Of a DNA stretch of 64,000 bases, positions 63,784 through 64,000 are shown in pieces. The stretch is from Lama guanicoe (Eukaryota): assembly GCA_013239625.1 (NCBI GenBank), contig MU053934.1:8825352-8889351 (forward strand), written 5' to 3'. The notes under the pieces were generated by a model. That model saw only the letters and a program-made list of their open reading frames with translations, had not been told where the DNA came from and did not search any database. Numbering within the stretch: the stretch's first letter is position 1; each line of letters opens with the position of its first letter. The translations under genes were made by a program, and so were the position numbers.

Positions 63784-64000
63784 GTTTTACCCTCAGAAGC
63801 GTCCCCTGCTCACAGTGACAGCAGGTCCAGTGACTGCCGCTGACTCGGCCCAGGCCCTGCACTAAAAGCTTTCTACTCATCACTCTTTCAGCAGTGTCTT
63901 CTGAGTTCCTTTTTCACTTGAGGCATGGTCCTGGCTCCGGAACTTAGCAGGGAGCTCCCTGAAAACGGTTTCAGCTGCCTGGGGGGAGAGTTTTCTGACA

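Noticed and set aside
47600..64000. Exons of a neighbouring gene such as UPK3A
   Set aside because: No recognisable coding exons; the region is largely explained by repeats

Overview
Mammalian genomic DNA with spliced genes, a CpG island and L1/L2/MIR/MaLR/Tigger repeats. It is most likely from a camelid, because it carries several tRNA-derived SINEs of the vic-1 type; the exact species cannot be determined. The window holds the last three coding exons and 3' UTR of NUP50 (+ strand, RanBP1-like C-terminal domain). Converging on it is the complete 10-coding-exon KIAA0930 gene (- strand, 13948-46725; 1221 nt spliced CDS, 406 aa, all introns GT-AG with consistent phases). KIAA0930 intron 7 hosts MIR1249, whose 3p arm lies within an L2 remnant. 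The last ~17 kb is repeat-rich intergenic DNA with a strong CTCF motif and two solo ERV LTRs. There are two assembly gaps (34725-34860 and 46841-47111). Gene, miRNA and repeat names come from my recall of known sequences, not from database searches. I found no new multi-gene system. The best leads are: (1) KIAA0930 exon 7 starts with the same 10 nt as the preceding intron, so a 5' splice site is regenerated after splicing (recursive-splicing configuration); (2) an open in-frame N-terminal extension upstream of a weak-context ATG; (3) a disabled homolog of the human alternative first exon; (4) the L2 origin of miR-1249 and a seed match in its host 3' UTR; (5) a template-switch-like perfect inverted repeat inside an old L1.
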